A DNA stretch of 64,000 nt. Origin: Thermoanaerobaculia bacterium. Its GTDB lineage: Bacteria > Acidobacteriota > Thermoanaerobaculia > Multivoradales > JAGPDF01. The stretch covers positions 165,950-229,949 of the forward strand of contig CAWGFP010000011.1 in NCBI GenBank assembly GCA_963821905.1. The letters are read 5' to 3'. The notes beneath the pieces are model-generated. The model worked only from the letters and a program-made list of their open reading frames with translations, did not search any database and had not been told where the DNA came from. Of the stretch, positions 1 to 8,990 are shown piece after piece (position 1 is the first letter of the stretch; each line of letters opens with the position of its first letter). Position numbers and translations under genes: made by a program.

Positions 1-827
1 GACAAGGTAACGGGCGTCTCGGCGACGGCCTGACGCAGGCGCTGAGCGAGCTCGAGCCCCTCTCCCGCGGTGGTGAACGGACAGAGCACCAGGAATTCGT
101 CCCGGCCGTGGCGCGCCACCAGGTCCGCTTCGCGCACGGTGGCCTTGAGCCGCAGCGCGACCGCCTTCACCAGGGCGTCGGCGGCTTCGGCACCGCCCCG
201 CTCGCGCACCGTCTCGAGCTCATCGACGCCGACCAGCAGACAGGAAACCGGAGCATCGTAACGGCGCGCCAGCGCCAGCGCCTCTTCGACGCGGCTGACC
301 ATGTAGCGCTCGGTGCGCAGACCGGTGGCGGGATCCTCGATCTCGAGCGCAGCGAGGCGGCGGCCCAATTGGTCGATGTCGTTCTGCAAGCGCTCGCGCG
401 CCTCGTCGACCTCGCGTAGGCGCATCTCGAGCTCGACGCTGCGCTGATGGAGGGCGCGGGAGCTCTCCAGAGCGAGGAAGGCGCGCTGCAGATCGAAGGC
501 GGTCCAGCCCTCGGCGGGAAGAAAATCGACCGCGCCGAGCCCGCGGAGCTGGATGTTCTGACGCAGCTCTCCAGCGGAGATCAGGAGGATCGCCGGCGTC
601 AAGATGCCGCGTCCGCGCAGCCGGCGCAGGGCATCGGAGCCACCCGACGGGCCGTGAAAGGGCAACACCAGCACGCAGCCGGGGTCGGCCAGCGCCATCT
701 CCGAAAGGTCGTTGTCGCGCTCCACGCCCTCGATCGGCGTTCCGGGAAGGAAGCGGTCGAAATCCCGGTTCAAATCCGCCAAGGCTTGGGGCGGAAGACC
801 CACCGCGAGAATGGAGGTCAGCGGCAT
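1..827 (-). CDS. GGDEF-domain (diguanylate cyclase-like) protein with receiver-like N-terminal domain; C-terminus cut by the window edge
   Basis: Absent from the ORF track because it runs off the left edge. My translation from ATG 827-825 in one frame reads MPLTSILAVGLPPQALADL...VLVLPFHGPSGGSDALRRLRGRGILTPAILLIS..., then a coiled coil (LEMRLREVDEARERLQNDIDQL), then DPATGLRTERYMVSRVEEALALARRYDAPVSCLLVGVDELE...READLVARHGRDEFLVLCP. This is a GGDEF fold with an RxxD I-site and GRDEF at the active-site motif. Confidence 0.8.
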   Translation of the reverse strand, partial: MPLTSILAVGLPPQALADLNRDFDRFLPGTPIEGVERDNDLSEMALADPGCVLVLPFHGPSGGSDALRRLRGRGILTPAILLISAGELRQNIQLRGLGAVDFLPAEGWTAFDLQRAFLALESSRALHQRSVELEMRLREVDEARERLQNDIDQLGRRLAALEIEDPATGLRTERYMVSRVEEALALARRYDAPVSCLLVGVDELETVRERGGAEAADALVKAVALRLKATVREADLVARHGRDEFLVLCPFTTAGEGLELAQRLRQAVAETPVTL

Positions 828-832
828 GGGCG

Positions 833-1915
833 TCAGAGAACTTCGTCGTGGCCGCCCGCCGCGAGCTCACCGAGCAGGGAGCGCACCTCCTGGGCGCGCT
901 CGAGCGGCACCACCAGCACCGCGTCGGCGGTTCTCACCACGGCCAAGCCGCTCACTCCCAGCACCGCCACCGTTCCCTGATCGGCGATCAGCAGGTTGTT
1001 CGCGGCGTCCACCGTGACGACGCGACCCTCGGCCGCGTTGCCCCGCTCGTCCTTCGGGCGGATGTCGGCGAGCGCCGCCCACGAGCCGAGATCGCTCCAG
1101 CCGCAGTCGAGCGCCACCGCGGCGATGCCGCGCAGCTTCTCCATCAGGCCGTGGTCGATCGAGATCGCAGGCAGCGCGGGATAAAGCTCCGCTGTCCGCT
1201 CGGGCTGGCGCGCCATCGCCTCCAGGCCGTCGTGCAGAGCGGGCAGATGACGTTTGATCTGACGCAGCATCACGCGCCCGCGAAAGACGAAGATGCCGGC
1301 GTTCCAGAGGTAGCCGCCGCGGCGCAGGTACCGGCGGGCCGCCTTGAGCTCGGGCTTCTCGACGAACTTCGCCACTCGTCGTACCGAACCGTCTGGGGTC
1401 AGAAAACGGCCGAGCTTGAGATAGCCGTAGCCGGTCTCTGGCCACCGCGGCACGACGCCCAGCGCCACCACCGCGTCGCTCTCGTCGGCCGCCGCAACGG
1501 CGCGCGCCAGAGCCTGGCGAAAGGCCTCGGGATCGCCCATCCGGTGATCGGCGGGCAGCACGGCGACGATGCCGCGCCGCGCTGCTTCCGGCAACGATCG
1601 AACCGCCCAGCCGATCGCCGCCGCGGTGTTACGGCCGACCGGCTCGACGAGGATCTGTCCGGCCGGAACTTCGGGCACTTGACGGTGGACTTCCTCGCGC
1701 AGCTCGGCGGTGGTGGCGATCCAGACGCGGTCGGGCTCGATCAGCGGCCGCAGCCGGTCGACCGTCCCTTGGAGCAGCGTGCGATCGCCATCCAACGCCA
1801 GCAGCTGTTTGGGCCGCGATCGGCGAGACAGGGGCCAGAACCGGGTGCCGGAGCCACCCGCCAGGACGATCGCGACAGGGGCCGGCGGGCGATCGGAATT
1901 GGGCATCGTCGACAC
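833..1915 (-). CDS. manC: mannose-1-phosphate guanylyltransferase (nucleotidyltransferase domain only)
   Basis: Track ORF 833..1915, 360 aa. It carries the IVLAGGSGTRFWPLSR nucleotide-binding motif, EPVGRNTAAAI and YGYLKLG blocks typical of ManC/CpsB. Confidence 0.9.
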   Translation of the reverse strand: MSTMPNSDRPPAPVAIVLAGGSGTRFWPLSRRSRPKQLLALDGDRTLLQGTVDRLRPLIEPDRVWIATTAELREEVHRQVPEVPAGQILVEPVGRNTAAAIGWAVRSLPEAARRGIVAVLPADHRMGDPEAFRQALARAVAAADESDAVVALGVVPRWPETGYGYLKLGRFLTPDGSVRRVAKFVEKPELKAARRYLRRGGYLWNAGIFVFRGRVMLRQIKRHLPALHDGLEAMARQPERTAELYPALPAISIDHGLMEKLRGIAAVALDCGWSDLGSWAALADIRPKDERGNAAEGRVVTVDAANNLLIADQGTVAVLGVSGLAVVRTADAVLVVPLERAQEVRSLLGELAAGGHDEVL

Positions 1916-1968
1916 CGGCGGAGTATATCGCCGGCCCCCGCGCGGACTGATAAAATGAGCTTGCTTCC

Positions 1969-2142
1969 ATGACCCGATCGGCGTCAGAAACCGGCCCGCG
2001 GCCGCCCGCCGAACCCGCTCCGGCGGAGCGACTGATGCGCACCTGCCCCAACTGTGGGCGCCAGCTCGCCGAGCGCAAGTGCAAGCTCTACTGCCCCGAA
2101 CCGCGCTGCGGCTTCTATCTTTCCTGCGCCGACTTCTACTAA
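1969..2142 (+). CDS. small zinc-ribbon protein (57 aa)
   Basis: Below the track length cutoff. My translation is [57 protein letters not shown], with CxxC...CxxxxxC pairs. It fills the gap between manC and the decarboxylase. Confidence 0.45.
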   Translation: MTRSASETGPRPPAEPAPAERLMRTCPNCGRQLAERKCKLYCPEPRCGFYLSCADFY

Positions 2143-2143
2143 G

Positions 2144-3562
2144 TCAAAGCCGATCCGCCTCCTCGCGCAGCAAGCGCCAGGCGGTCTCCAGGTGTTCGTC
2201 GGCGGTGCGGAGGTTCCCCACCGCCACCCGCAACACGTAGCGGCCGCGCAGCTTGGTGTGCGAGAGGAAGACCGGCCCACGGGCGTTGACCGCGTCGAGC
2301 AGGCGCTGGTTGCGCTCGTCGGCCTCGGGCGGAGTGCCGCACAACCGGAAGCAGACGGTCGAAAACGGCACCGGCGCCATCAGCTCGAACCGCGGGTCCG
2401 CGCCCACCCAAGCGGCGAAACGCTGCGCCAGACGGCAGTGCTCGCGAATGCGCTCGCGCAAGCCCTCGGCCCCGAAGGCGCGCAGCACCATCCACAGCTT
2501 GAGGGCGCGAAACTTGCGGCCCAGCTGGATGCCGAGGTCCATCAGGTTCCGCACTTCACCGTCTGTGGTCTGCAGGTAGTCGGGCACCAGCGAGAAGGCG
2601 CGGCGCAGCGTCGCCTCGTCGCGAACGTAGAGCAGCGAGCAGTCGAAGGGCACGAAGAGCCACTTGTGCGGGTTGGTGACGATGGAGTCGGCACGCTCCC
2701 AGCCCACGAACAGCGGCTGGAGCTCGGGGCAGATCGCCGCCGAGCCGGCGTATGCCGCATCGACGTGCAGCCAGAGTCCTTCGTCGTCGGCGATCTCGGC
2801 GATCTCCGCGATCGGGTCCACGCTGGTGGTGGACGTGCTGCCGGCAGTCGCTACCACGGCCAGCGGGCGCCAGCCCGCCGCGCGGTCGGCCGCGATGCGC
2901 CGGGCGAGGGCCGCCGGATCCATGCGAAACGCCTCGTCGACCGGAACCTTGCGCAGCCCGTCCAGGCCGAGACCGAGGGTGATCATCGCCTTGTCGATCG
3001 ACGAGTGCGTCTGCTCGCTGCAATAGACCGCGAGCGGCGGCAGGTCGGCGCGACCGGCCATGCCGCGCTGCCGGATGTCGAGACCGGCCCGTTCCCGGGC
3101 CGCGGCTAAGGCCAGCAGCGTCGATACCGAGGCGGTGTCGTTGGTGTGACCCCGGAACTCGCCGGGCAGACCGACGAGCTGGCGCACCCAGTCGCAGGTG
3201 CGTTCCTCCAGCTCGGTCAGCGCCGGGCCGGTGCGCCACAACATGCCGTTTAGGTTGAGGCCGGCGGCGAGGGCCTCGGCAGCGATGCCGGGCACCGAGC
3301 CGGTGATGGCGAAGTAGGCGAGGAAGCCGGGATGGTTCCAGTGCGTGGTGTGCGGCTCGATCAACCGCTCGTAGTCGGCGATGACGTCGGACAGCGGTTC
3401 CGCGTGTTCCGGGGCGCTCGCCGGCAGCTGCGCAAGGAGGTCACCGGGGCGGGATGAGGGTAAGACGGGCAGATCGCCGACGCGCTCGAAGTAGCGAGCC
3501 AGTACGTCGGCGACCTGATCGAGCGCCGCCCGGAGCTCGCGGGGAGTCAAATCCCCAGGCAT
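2144..3562 (-). CDS. PLP-dependent group II decarboxylase (aromatic-L-amino-acid / tyrosine decarboxylase-like)
   Basis: This is the C-terminal 472 codons of track ORF 2144..4045, starting at MPGDLTPREL (codon 162). Blocks include HWNHPGFLAYF, TASVSTLLAL and the PLP-lysine motif SIVTNPHKWLFVPFDCS. The upstream 161 codons are Arg/Gly junk. Confidence 0.9.
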   Translation of the reverse strand: MPGDLTPRELRAALDQVADVLARYFERVGDLPVLPSSRPGDLLAQLPASAPEHAEPLSDVIADYERLIEPHTTHWNHPGFLAYFAITGSVPGIAAEALAAGLNLNGMLWRTGPALTELEERTCDWVRQLVGLPGEFRGHTNDTASVSTLLALAAARERAGLDIRQRGMAGRADLPPLAVYCSEQTHSSIDKAMITLGLGLDGLRKVPVDEAFRMDPAALARRIAADRAAGWRPLAVVATAGSTSTTSVDPIAEIAEIADDEGLWLHVDAAYAGSAAICPELQPLFVGWERADSIVTNPHKWLFVPFDCSLLYVRDEATLRRAFSLVPDYLQTTDGEVRNLMDLGIQLGRKFRALKLWMVLRAFGAEGLRERIREHCRLAQRFAAWVGADPRFELMAPVPFSTVCFRLCGTPPEADERNQRLLDAVNARGPVFLSHTKLRGRYVLRVAVGNLRTADEHLETAWRLLREEADRL

Positions 3563-3588
3563 GTTCCGGGCGGCCTCGAGGATGGAAA

Positions 3589-4704
3589 TCAGTTGGCGAC
3601 CGCGCCGCCGGCGCGAGCCAGCTCCTGGTCGATGAGCTTGGCGAGCTCTTCGTACGGCTGCGCGCCGTTCAGCAGGCGCCCGTTGATGAAGATCGACGGC
3701 GTCGAACCGACGCCCGCCGCTTCGCCCGCCTTCAGGTCGGTCGAAACCACCGCCGCCATCTTGCCGGAGTCGAGGCAGCTCGCGAACTCGTCGGCCTTGA
3801 GGCCGACCGCTGCCGCCTTCTCCTTCAGCTTGTCGACCGCCAGCCCGGCCTGGTCGGCGAACATCGCGTCGTGCATCTCCCAGAACTTGCCCTGCTCGTT
3901 GGCGCACAAGGACGCCTCGGCCGCCTTCTGGGCCTGGGGATGGATGCTGTTGAGCGGGAACTGACGGTACTGCACGCGCACCTTGTCCTTGTAGTTCGCG
4001 GCGACCTTGTGAAGCGGCTCCACGACGCGCGAGCAGTAAGGGCACTGGAAGTCGGAGAACTCGACGATCTGGACCGGCGCGTTGGCGGGGCCCTTGGCCG
4101 GCGCGGAGCCAACCTCGATCTTCGAGCGCAGACCCTTGGCCTTCTCCACCTCGGCTGCGATTCGCTCACCCTCGAGCAGGTTCTGCACCTTGTACTTGAC
4201 CTTCAGGCCGTCGATGAGCTGCTGATAGAGCTCGGCCTGCTTCTGCTGCACCAGGTACTGTTGGATCTGCGGCGCCACCTGCTCCTTGGTGCGGTTGCCG
4301 ATCTGTGCCTTGCGCTCCTCGTAGAAGGCGTCGACCTCGGCCTGGGTCGGCGGGGGAACCTTGCTCTTCACCTCGGTGTCGAGCAACGCCTCACGGGTGG
4401 TGGTACGCGCGGCGGCCTCGAGGTCGAGCAGCTTGTTGTGGATGCTGGCGTCGAGCGCCTTGTCGATGATCTCGTTGCGCTGCTGGTCGATCTTGGCGAG
4501 CTCGCCGGCGGCGAGGGTCTCGACATCGTTGGTGGTAATCGGCTGGCCGTTGACGGTGGCCAGCACCTTGTCCTTGGCCGGGGCGGTGGCGTCGGCCGCC
4601 ACCGCTTGGCTCGAGTTGCTCGGCGACAACCCGCAGGCGATTGCCACGGCACCCGCGAGCAGCAAGCTCAAGGGCAGAAGTTTCTGATTGCGGACGTGAG
4701 TCAT
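3589..4704 (-). CDS. DsbA-family thiol:disulfide oxidoreductase lipoprotein with SurA-like N-terminal region
   Basis: From codon 213 of track ORF 3589..5340: MTHVRNQKLLPLSLLLAGAVAIAC (lipobox). It has the redox motif EFSDFQCPYCSRV and FWEMHDAMF. Confidence 0.85.
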   Translation of the reverse strand: MTHVRNQKLLPLSLLLAGAVAIACGLSPSNSSQAVAADATAPAKDKVLATVNGQPITTNDVETLAAGELAKIDQQRNEIIDKALDASIHNKLLDLEAAARTTTREALLDTEVKSKVPPPTQAEVDAFYEERKAQIGNRTKEQVAPQIQQYLVQQKQAELYQQLIDGLKVKYKVQNLLEGERIAAEVEKAKGLRSKIEVGSAPAKGPANAPVQIVEFSDFQCPYCSRVVEPLHKVAANYKDKVRVQYRQFPLNSIHPQAQKAAEASLCANEQGKFWEMHDAMFADQAGLAVDKLKEKAAAVGLKADEFASCLDSGKMAAVVSTDLKAGEAAGVGSTPSIFINGRLLNGAQPYEELAKLIDQELARAGGAVAN

Positions 4705-4826
4705 GAGTTTGGGCGCTCCTTGTCTGGTGTGGGTCCCTGAGGCGGGCGCGCGGCGGCGCGCGAATGACGGACGCTCGAATATATCGCGAGCGGGCCGCCT
4801 CCGACAAGCCGAGACCGAGCCGGCGA

Positions 4827-5765
4827 TCAGCCCCCAACAAGGCTGGTGGCACAGCGCCGGCGCCCAGGGCCCAGATGGCGTCGCCACCAGGCCTTCGGCG
4901 ATGCGATCCGCCGGAATCCCTCGCAGGCGGCTGTCGGGCGCCTGGAGAAGGGCGTCGGCCAGGTCGAGCAGGGGCGCGGCGCCACCGCGCCGTCGGTGCG
5001 ATCCGCCGCCTCGCGGGCCCCGGCCGCGGCCAGCGACCACGGCCGCGAGGCCCGCAGATCGGTGAAATCCGAGCCCGCCGTCAGAGCCGACGGCCGCCTC
5101 GAGCAGGAAGACTCCGCGCGCCCGTACGTCTCGAAGCGATCGCACCGCGGCCGCGATCGCGGCCGCCTCTGTCTTCGACCTCGACCTCGCCGGGGGCGTC
5201 GCCGGCGCCGAGGTAGACCGAAAGCGAGCGGCTGCGCAGCGTCGGCAACAGGTCCAGCCGGGAGGGCGCCAGGAGCAGGAAATGACGTGGCGAGCGCGAC
5301 GGCGGCTCCTCGAGCATCTTGAGCAGCGTGTTGGCGGCATCCCCGCTCAGCGTCTCGGCGCTGGCGATGACGAGCACCTGGCCGCGCGCCTCGAAGGGCG
5401 CGGACTGGGCTACGTGCACGAGCGCCTTCGTGGCGTCAACGGAGGTGGCGATCTTCGTATCGCGCTCCAGAACGCGAAAGTCGGGATGGAAGCGTTCGCG
5501 TCGCGCTCGCCGGGCCAACCGATCGCGCGCAGTGACGGCAGCGCCCGCAAGGGCGCGCCGGCGGATCCTCCAGGCAGAGCAGGGTGCGCGCCAACTCGAG
5601 CGCCGCCTCGCAGCGAGAGAACAGCGGCTGTGCTCCGTCGAGTCCTCTGTCGCCGCGACGGGAAACTGCACGCCGCCGTAGAGGATCACCGCCGGATAGA
5701 GCCGTCCCTGGCGCGCCAGTTCCAGCGCCGGGGAAACGCGGCGCCGCAGCGTACCGCTCGCTCAT
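4827..5765 (-). pseudogene. holB: DNA polymerase III delta-prime subunit, reading frame broken by several frameshifts (possibly assembly indels)
   Basis: Conserved blocks lie in different minus-strand frames. They are [12 protein letters not shown] (ATG 5765, ATGA overlap with the tmk stop), ALELARQGRLYPAVILYGG, LFSRCEAALELARTLLCLEDPPARPCGRCRHCARS (tail of ORF 5436..7130), and GQVLVIASAETLSGDAANTLLKMLEEPPSRSPRHFLLLAPSRLDLLPTLRSRSLSVYLG (ORF 5081..5689). The 3' end is placed at TGA 4827-4829, which gives 313 codons and is uncertain. Confidence 0.65.
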
Positions 5766-6404
5766 CGCACGACTCCCGGCAGGGTTTCGACGAGCCGGGA
5801 GAGCGCCGCGCGCACCGCCTGCGCGGTCGTTTCCTTGTCGCCGCTGGCGTCGATCACCGTTACCCGCTCGGGCTCGCGCGGCGGCGATCTCGAGATACCC
5901 GGCGCGCACCCGCTCGTAGAACGCCAGGCCCTCGGCGTCGAGGCGGTCGGCGGCGCCGCGCATGGCGGCGCTGGCGCGCCATCGACCGGCGGCACGTCGA
6001 GCAGCAAGGTGAGGTCCGGCCGGCGGCCACCGGTGGCCAACCGGTCGACCTCGGCGATCAGGTCGCTCGCGACACCACGGCCATATCCCTGATAGGCCAC
6101 CGTCGAGTCGGTGAAGCGGTCGCACAGAACGTGCACCCCGCGCCGCCAGCGCCGGGTCGATCACCTCCACCAGATGCTGCCGGCGGCTGGCGAACACCAG
6201 CAGCATTTCGACGCCGCCTTCGGTCTCGCCGTAACGGTGATCGAGGAACAGGCTGCGGATCGCCTCGCCGAGCGGCGTGCCGCCCGGCTCGTGGGTCACT
6301 TCGCAGGCCGACCCGGCCTCGCGCAACCACTGCGCGGCGCGACGCATCTGGGTGGATTTCCCACTGCCGTCGAGTCCCTCGAAGGTGACGAAGAGAGGCG
6401 CCAT
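5762..6404 (-). pseudogene. tmk: thymidylate kinase with at least 3 frameshifts
   Basis: MAPLFVTFEGLDGSGKSTQMRRAAQWLREAG...EPGGTPLGEAIR (ORF 5436..7130 frame) alternates with [17 protein letters not shown]...[11 protein letters not shown] and ...[23 protein letters not shown] (ORF 5762..6136 frame). The length of 643 nt is not a multiple of 3. Confidence 0.8.
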
Positions 6405-6448
6405 GGTCCGCCGCAAACTAACACGGCGGACTATGATCGCGGACGACC

Positions 6449-6841
6449 ATGCCCCCGCCACGCCGCTCCCCCAATACGACTGAGGGCACAGCCGCTGCCG
6501 CGCCGGCCCTGGTGCCGCGCCTGCGCGTCGTCTGGCGCGGCGAGATCGCGCTCGGGCCCGGCAAGTGCGACCTGCTCGAGGCCATCGCCGAGCACGGCTC
6601 CCTGGCCGACGCGGCGCGCAGCCTCGAGATGTCGTACATGCGCGCCTGGCAACTGCTGCGGACGATGAACGCAGCCTTCCGCGTCCCGCTCGTCGAGCTC
6701 GAGCGCGGCGGGCGCAAGGGCGGCGGAGCGCGGCTGACCGCCGCGGGCCGCGACGTCCTGCGGCTCTACCGGGAGATGGAGCGCGCCAGCCTGCGCGCCG
6801 CCGACGCGGCCTGGCGACGGCTGCGGCGACGGCTGCGCTGA
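6449..6841 (+). CDS. ModE N-terminal-like / LysR-type winged-helix transcriptional regulator
   Basis: Track ORF 130 aa. The sequence LGPGKCDLLEAIAEHGSLADAARSLEMSYMRAWQLLRTMN...ERGGRKGGGARLTAAG matches the ModE-type HTH pattern. Confidence 0.75.
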   Translation: MPPPRRSPNTTEGTAAAAPALVPRLRVVWRGEIALGPGKCDLLEAIAEHGSLADAARSLEMSYMRAWQLLRTMNAAFRVPLVELERGGRKGGGARLTAAGRDVLRLYREMERASLRAADAAWRRLRRRLR

Positions 6842-6912
6842 GCTGCCGACGGCTCTGACGGTATATCCTTCCGCCGCGCTCCCCGCCCGGAGCGCCCATT
6901 CTCGGAGACCGC

Positions 6913-7881
6913 TTGCCGCCTTCGATCGGATCGCCCCAGCTCATCCTCGGCTTTCTCATCGGCCTCGGCGTGCTGCTCGCACTCGATCTGGGCGTGGTCA
7001 ATCGCAAGGCCCACACGCCCGGGCCGCGCGAGGCCCTGCTGTGGACCGGGCTCTGCATCACACTCGCCCTCGCTTTCAATGGCTGGCTGCTCTGGCGTTT
7101 CGGCGCCCAGCCGGCGCTGGAGTTCCTCACCGGCTACCTGATCGAGTACGCGCTCTCGGTCGACAACATCTTCGTCTTCATCGTCATCTTCGGCTACTTC
7201 GCGGTGCCGCCGGAGTACCAGCACCGGGTGCTCTTCTGGGGCATCCTGGGCGCCGTCGCGCTGCGCGCCGTCTTCATCCTGATCGGCGCGGCGCTGCTCA
7301 GCAGTTCCACTGGGTGATCTTCGTCTTCGGCGCCTTCCTGGTGTACACCGGCATCAAGATCGTCGTGCAAGAGGACACCGAGATCCACCCCGAGAAGAAC
7401 CCGGTGGTCAGGCTCTTCCGCCGCCTCGTGCCGATCGCCCCGCGCTACTACGAGCAGAAATTCATCGTCCGCATCGACGGCAGGCGCTTCGCCACGCCGC
7501 TGCTCCTGGTGCTGGTGGTGGTCGAGGCGACCGACGTGGTTTTCGCGGTCGACTCCATCCCCGCCATCTTCGCCGTCACCCGCGATCCCTTCCTCGTCTT
7601 CACCTCCAACATCTTCGCCATTCTCGGGCTTGCGGGCGCTCTATTTCCTGTTGCGCTCGATCATCGACAAGTTCCACTTCCTGAAGTACGGCATTGGCCT
7701 GGTGCTGGTGTTCGTGGGCGGCAAGATGCTGACGTCGGAGTTCTTCCACGTGCCGATCGCGGCATCGCTGGGCGTGATCCTGGCGCTGCTCGGCGGCTCG
7801 GTGGCCGCTTCCCTGCTGTTCCCCAAGCACCGTCCCGAGAGCGAGGACGGCGCCGACTACGAGGAGAAACGCAACCCATGA
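6913..7881 (+). pseudogene. TerC-family integral membrane protein, 2 frameshifts (near 7300 and 7630)
   Basis: Three track ORFs join end to end. They are 6913..7317 (LTGYLIEYALSVDNIFVF...), the 7041..8990 frame (QQFHWVIFVFGAFLVYTGIKI...EATDVVFAVDSIPAIFAVTRDPFLVFTSNIFAILGL) and 7630..7881 (RALYFLL...KYGIGLVLVFVGGKM). At 7630 an extra t in ctTgcgg accounts for the shift. Confidence 0.8.
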
Positions 7882-8990
7882 CCAGCGTTTTGATCGGCCG
7901 TGAGCGCCGTGCCGGCGAGAGTCGCGTCGCGGCCACTCCGGAAACGGTGAAAAAGCTGCGCCAGGCGGGCCTCGAGGTCGTGGTCGAGCCGGGGGCCGGC
8001 GCCGGCGCCTTCTTTCCGGACGAGGCCTACGTCGCGGCGGGAGCGGTGACGGAGTCCGCAGCGGCGGCCGACGTGGTGTTGCGGGTCGGTCCGGTCACCG
8101 CGGAGGAGGTCGCCGCGCTCGGCAGCGGGTCGGTGCTGGTCGGCTTGCTCGCGCCTCATCGCCACCTCGACACCGTGCGCGCCCTGTGCGACCGGCGGGT
8201 GAGCGCGCTCGCCATGGAGCTGGTGCCGCGCACGACCCGCGCCCAATCCATGGACGCTCTCTCCTCGCAGGCGTCGATCGGCGGCTACAAGGCGGTGCTG
8301 CTCGCCGCCGAGCGCCTGCCCAAGTACTTCCCGCTGCTGATGACCGCCGCCGGCACCATGCCGCCGGCGCGCGTCGTGGTGATGGGCGCCGGGGTCGCCG
8401 GTCTGCAGGCGATCGCCACCGCCAAGCGCCTCGGGGCGGTGGTCGAGGTGTCCGACGTGCGCGCCGCGGTCAAGGAGCAGGTCGAATCGCTGGGCGGCAA
8501 GTTCATCCCGCTGCCGATGGCGGAAAGCGGCGAGGGCCAGGGCGGTTACGCCCGCGAGATGACGCCCGAATTTCTCGCCAAGCAGCGCGAGATCGTCGCC
8601 AAGCACGTCGCCGCCGCCGACGTGGTGATCACCACCGCGCAGGTGCCGGGCAAGCGAGCCCCGATCCTGGTCACCCGCGCGATGGTCGAGTCGATGCGCC
8701 CCGGCGCGGTGATCGTCGACCTCGCGGCGGCCGAGGGCGGCAACTGCGAGGCCAGTCGGCCCGACGAGGAGGTGGAGGTCGGGCGCGTGCGCATTCTCGC
8801 GCCCACCAACCTGGCGGCTTCGATGCCGGTCGACGCCTCGACGATCTACGCCCGCAACGTCACGGCACTGCTGCTCTATCTCTGGCGGGACGGCAAGCTG
8901 GTGCTGGATCCCGAGGACCCGATCACCGGTCCGACGCTGCTCACCCACCAGGGCGCGGTCGTGCACGCGCCGACCGCGGCGCTGCTCTAG
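7878..8990 (+). CDS. pntA: NAD(P) transhydrogenase alpha subunit part 1 (PntAA / alanine dehydrogenase-fold)
   Basis: From codon 280 of ORF 7041..8990: MTSVLIGRERRAGESRVAATPETVKKL..., with a Rossmann motif VVVMGAGVAGLQAIATAKRLGA. Its ATG overlaps the TerC stop (ATGA). No pntAB or pntB follows. Confidence 0.85.
   Translation: MTSVLIGRERRAGESRVAATPETVKKLRQAGLEVVVEPGAGAGAFFPDEAYVAAGAVTESAAAADVVLRVGPVTAEEVAALGSGSVLVGLLAPHRHLDTVRALCDRRVSALAMELVPRTTRAQSMDALSSQASIGGYKAVLLAAERLPKYFPLLMTAAGTMPPARVVVMGAGVAGLQAIATAKRLGAVVEVSDVRAAVKEQVESLGGKFIPLPMAESGEGQGGYAREMTPEFLAKQREIVAKHVAAADVVITTAQVPGKRAPILVTRAMVESMRPGAVIVDLAAAEGGNCEASRPDEEVEVGRVRILAPTNLAASMPVDASTIYARNVTALLLYLWRDGKLVLDPEDPITGPTLLTHQGAVVHAPTAALL

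Noticed and set aside
848-1972. 374-aa plus-strand ORF. Many similar long ORFs occur elsewhere: 2054..3109, 3454..4740, 5282..6388, 7857..9200, 8186..9979, 14110..15321, 16316..17938, 27243..28313, 28668..29993, 31028..32587, 32116..33486, 37087..37980, 44155..45489, 46403..47368, 58712..60217, 60491..62041 and 61084..62955.
   Set aside because: They are antisense or out-of-frame shadows of well-supported genes. Their translations are Arg/Ala/Gly/Pro-rich with no recognisable motifs, as expected for stop-poor frames in ~70% GC DNA.
6780-6912. A possible yybP-ykoY (Mn2+) riboswitch upstream of TerC, a frequent association.
   Set aside because: The gap is only 71 nt. Apart from a GGAGACC near the start codon, the conserved GGGGAGUAG-type 5' half is absent.
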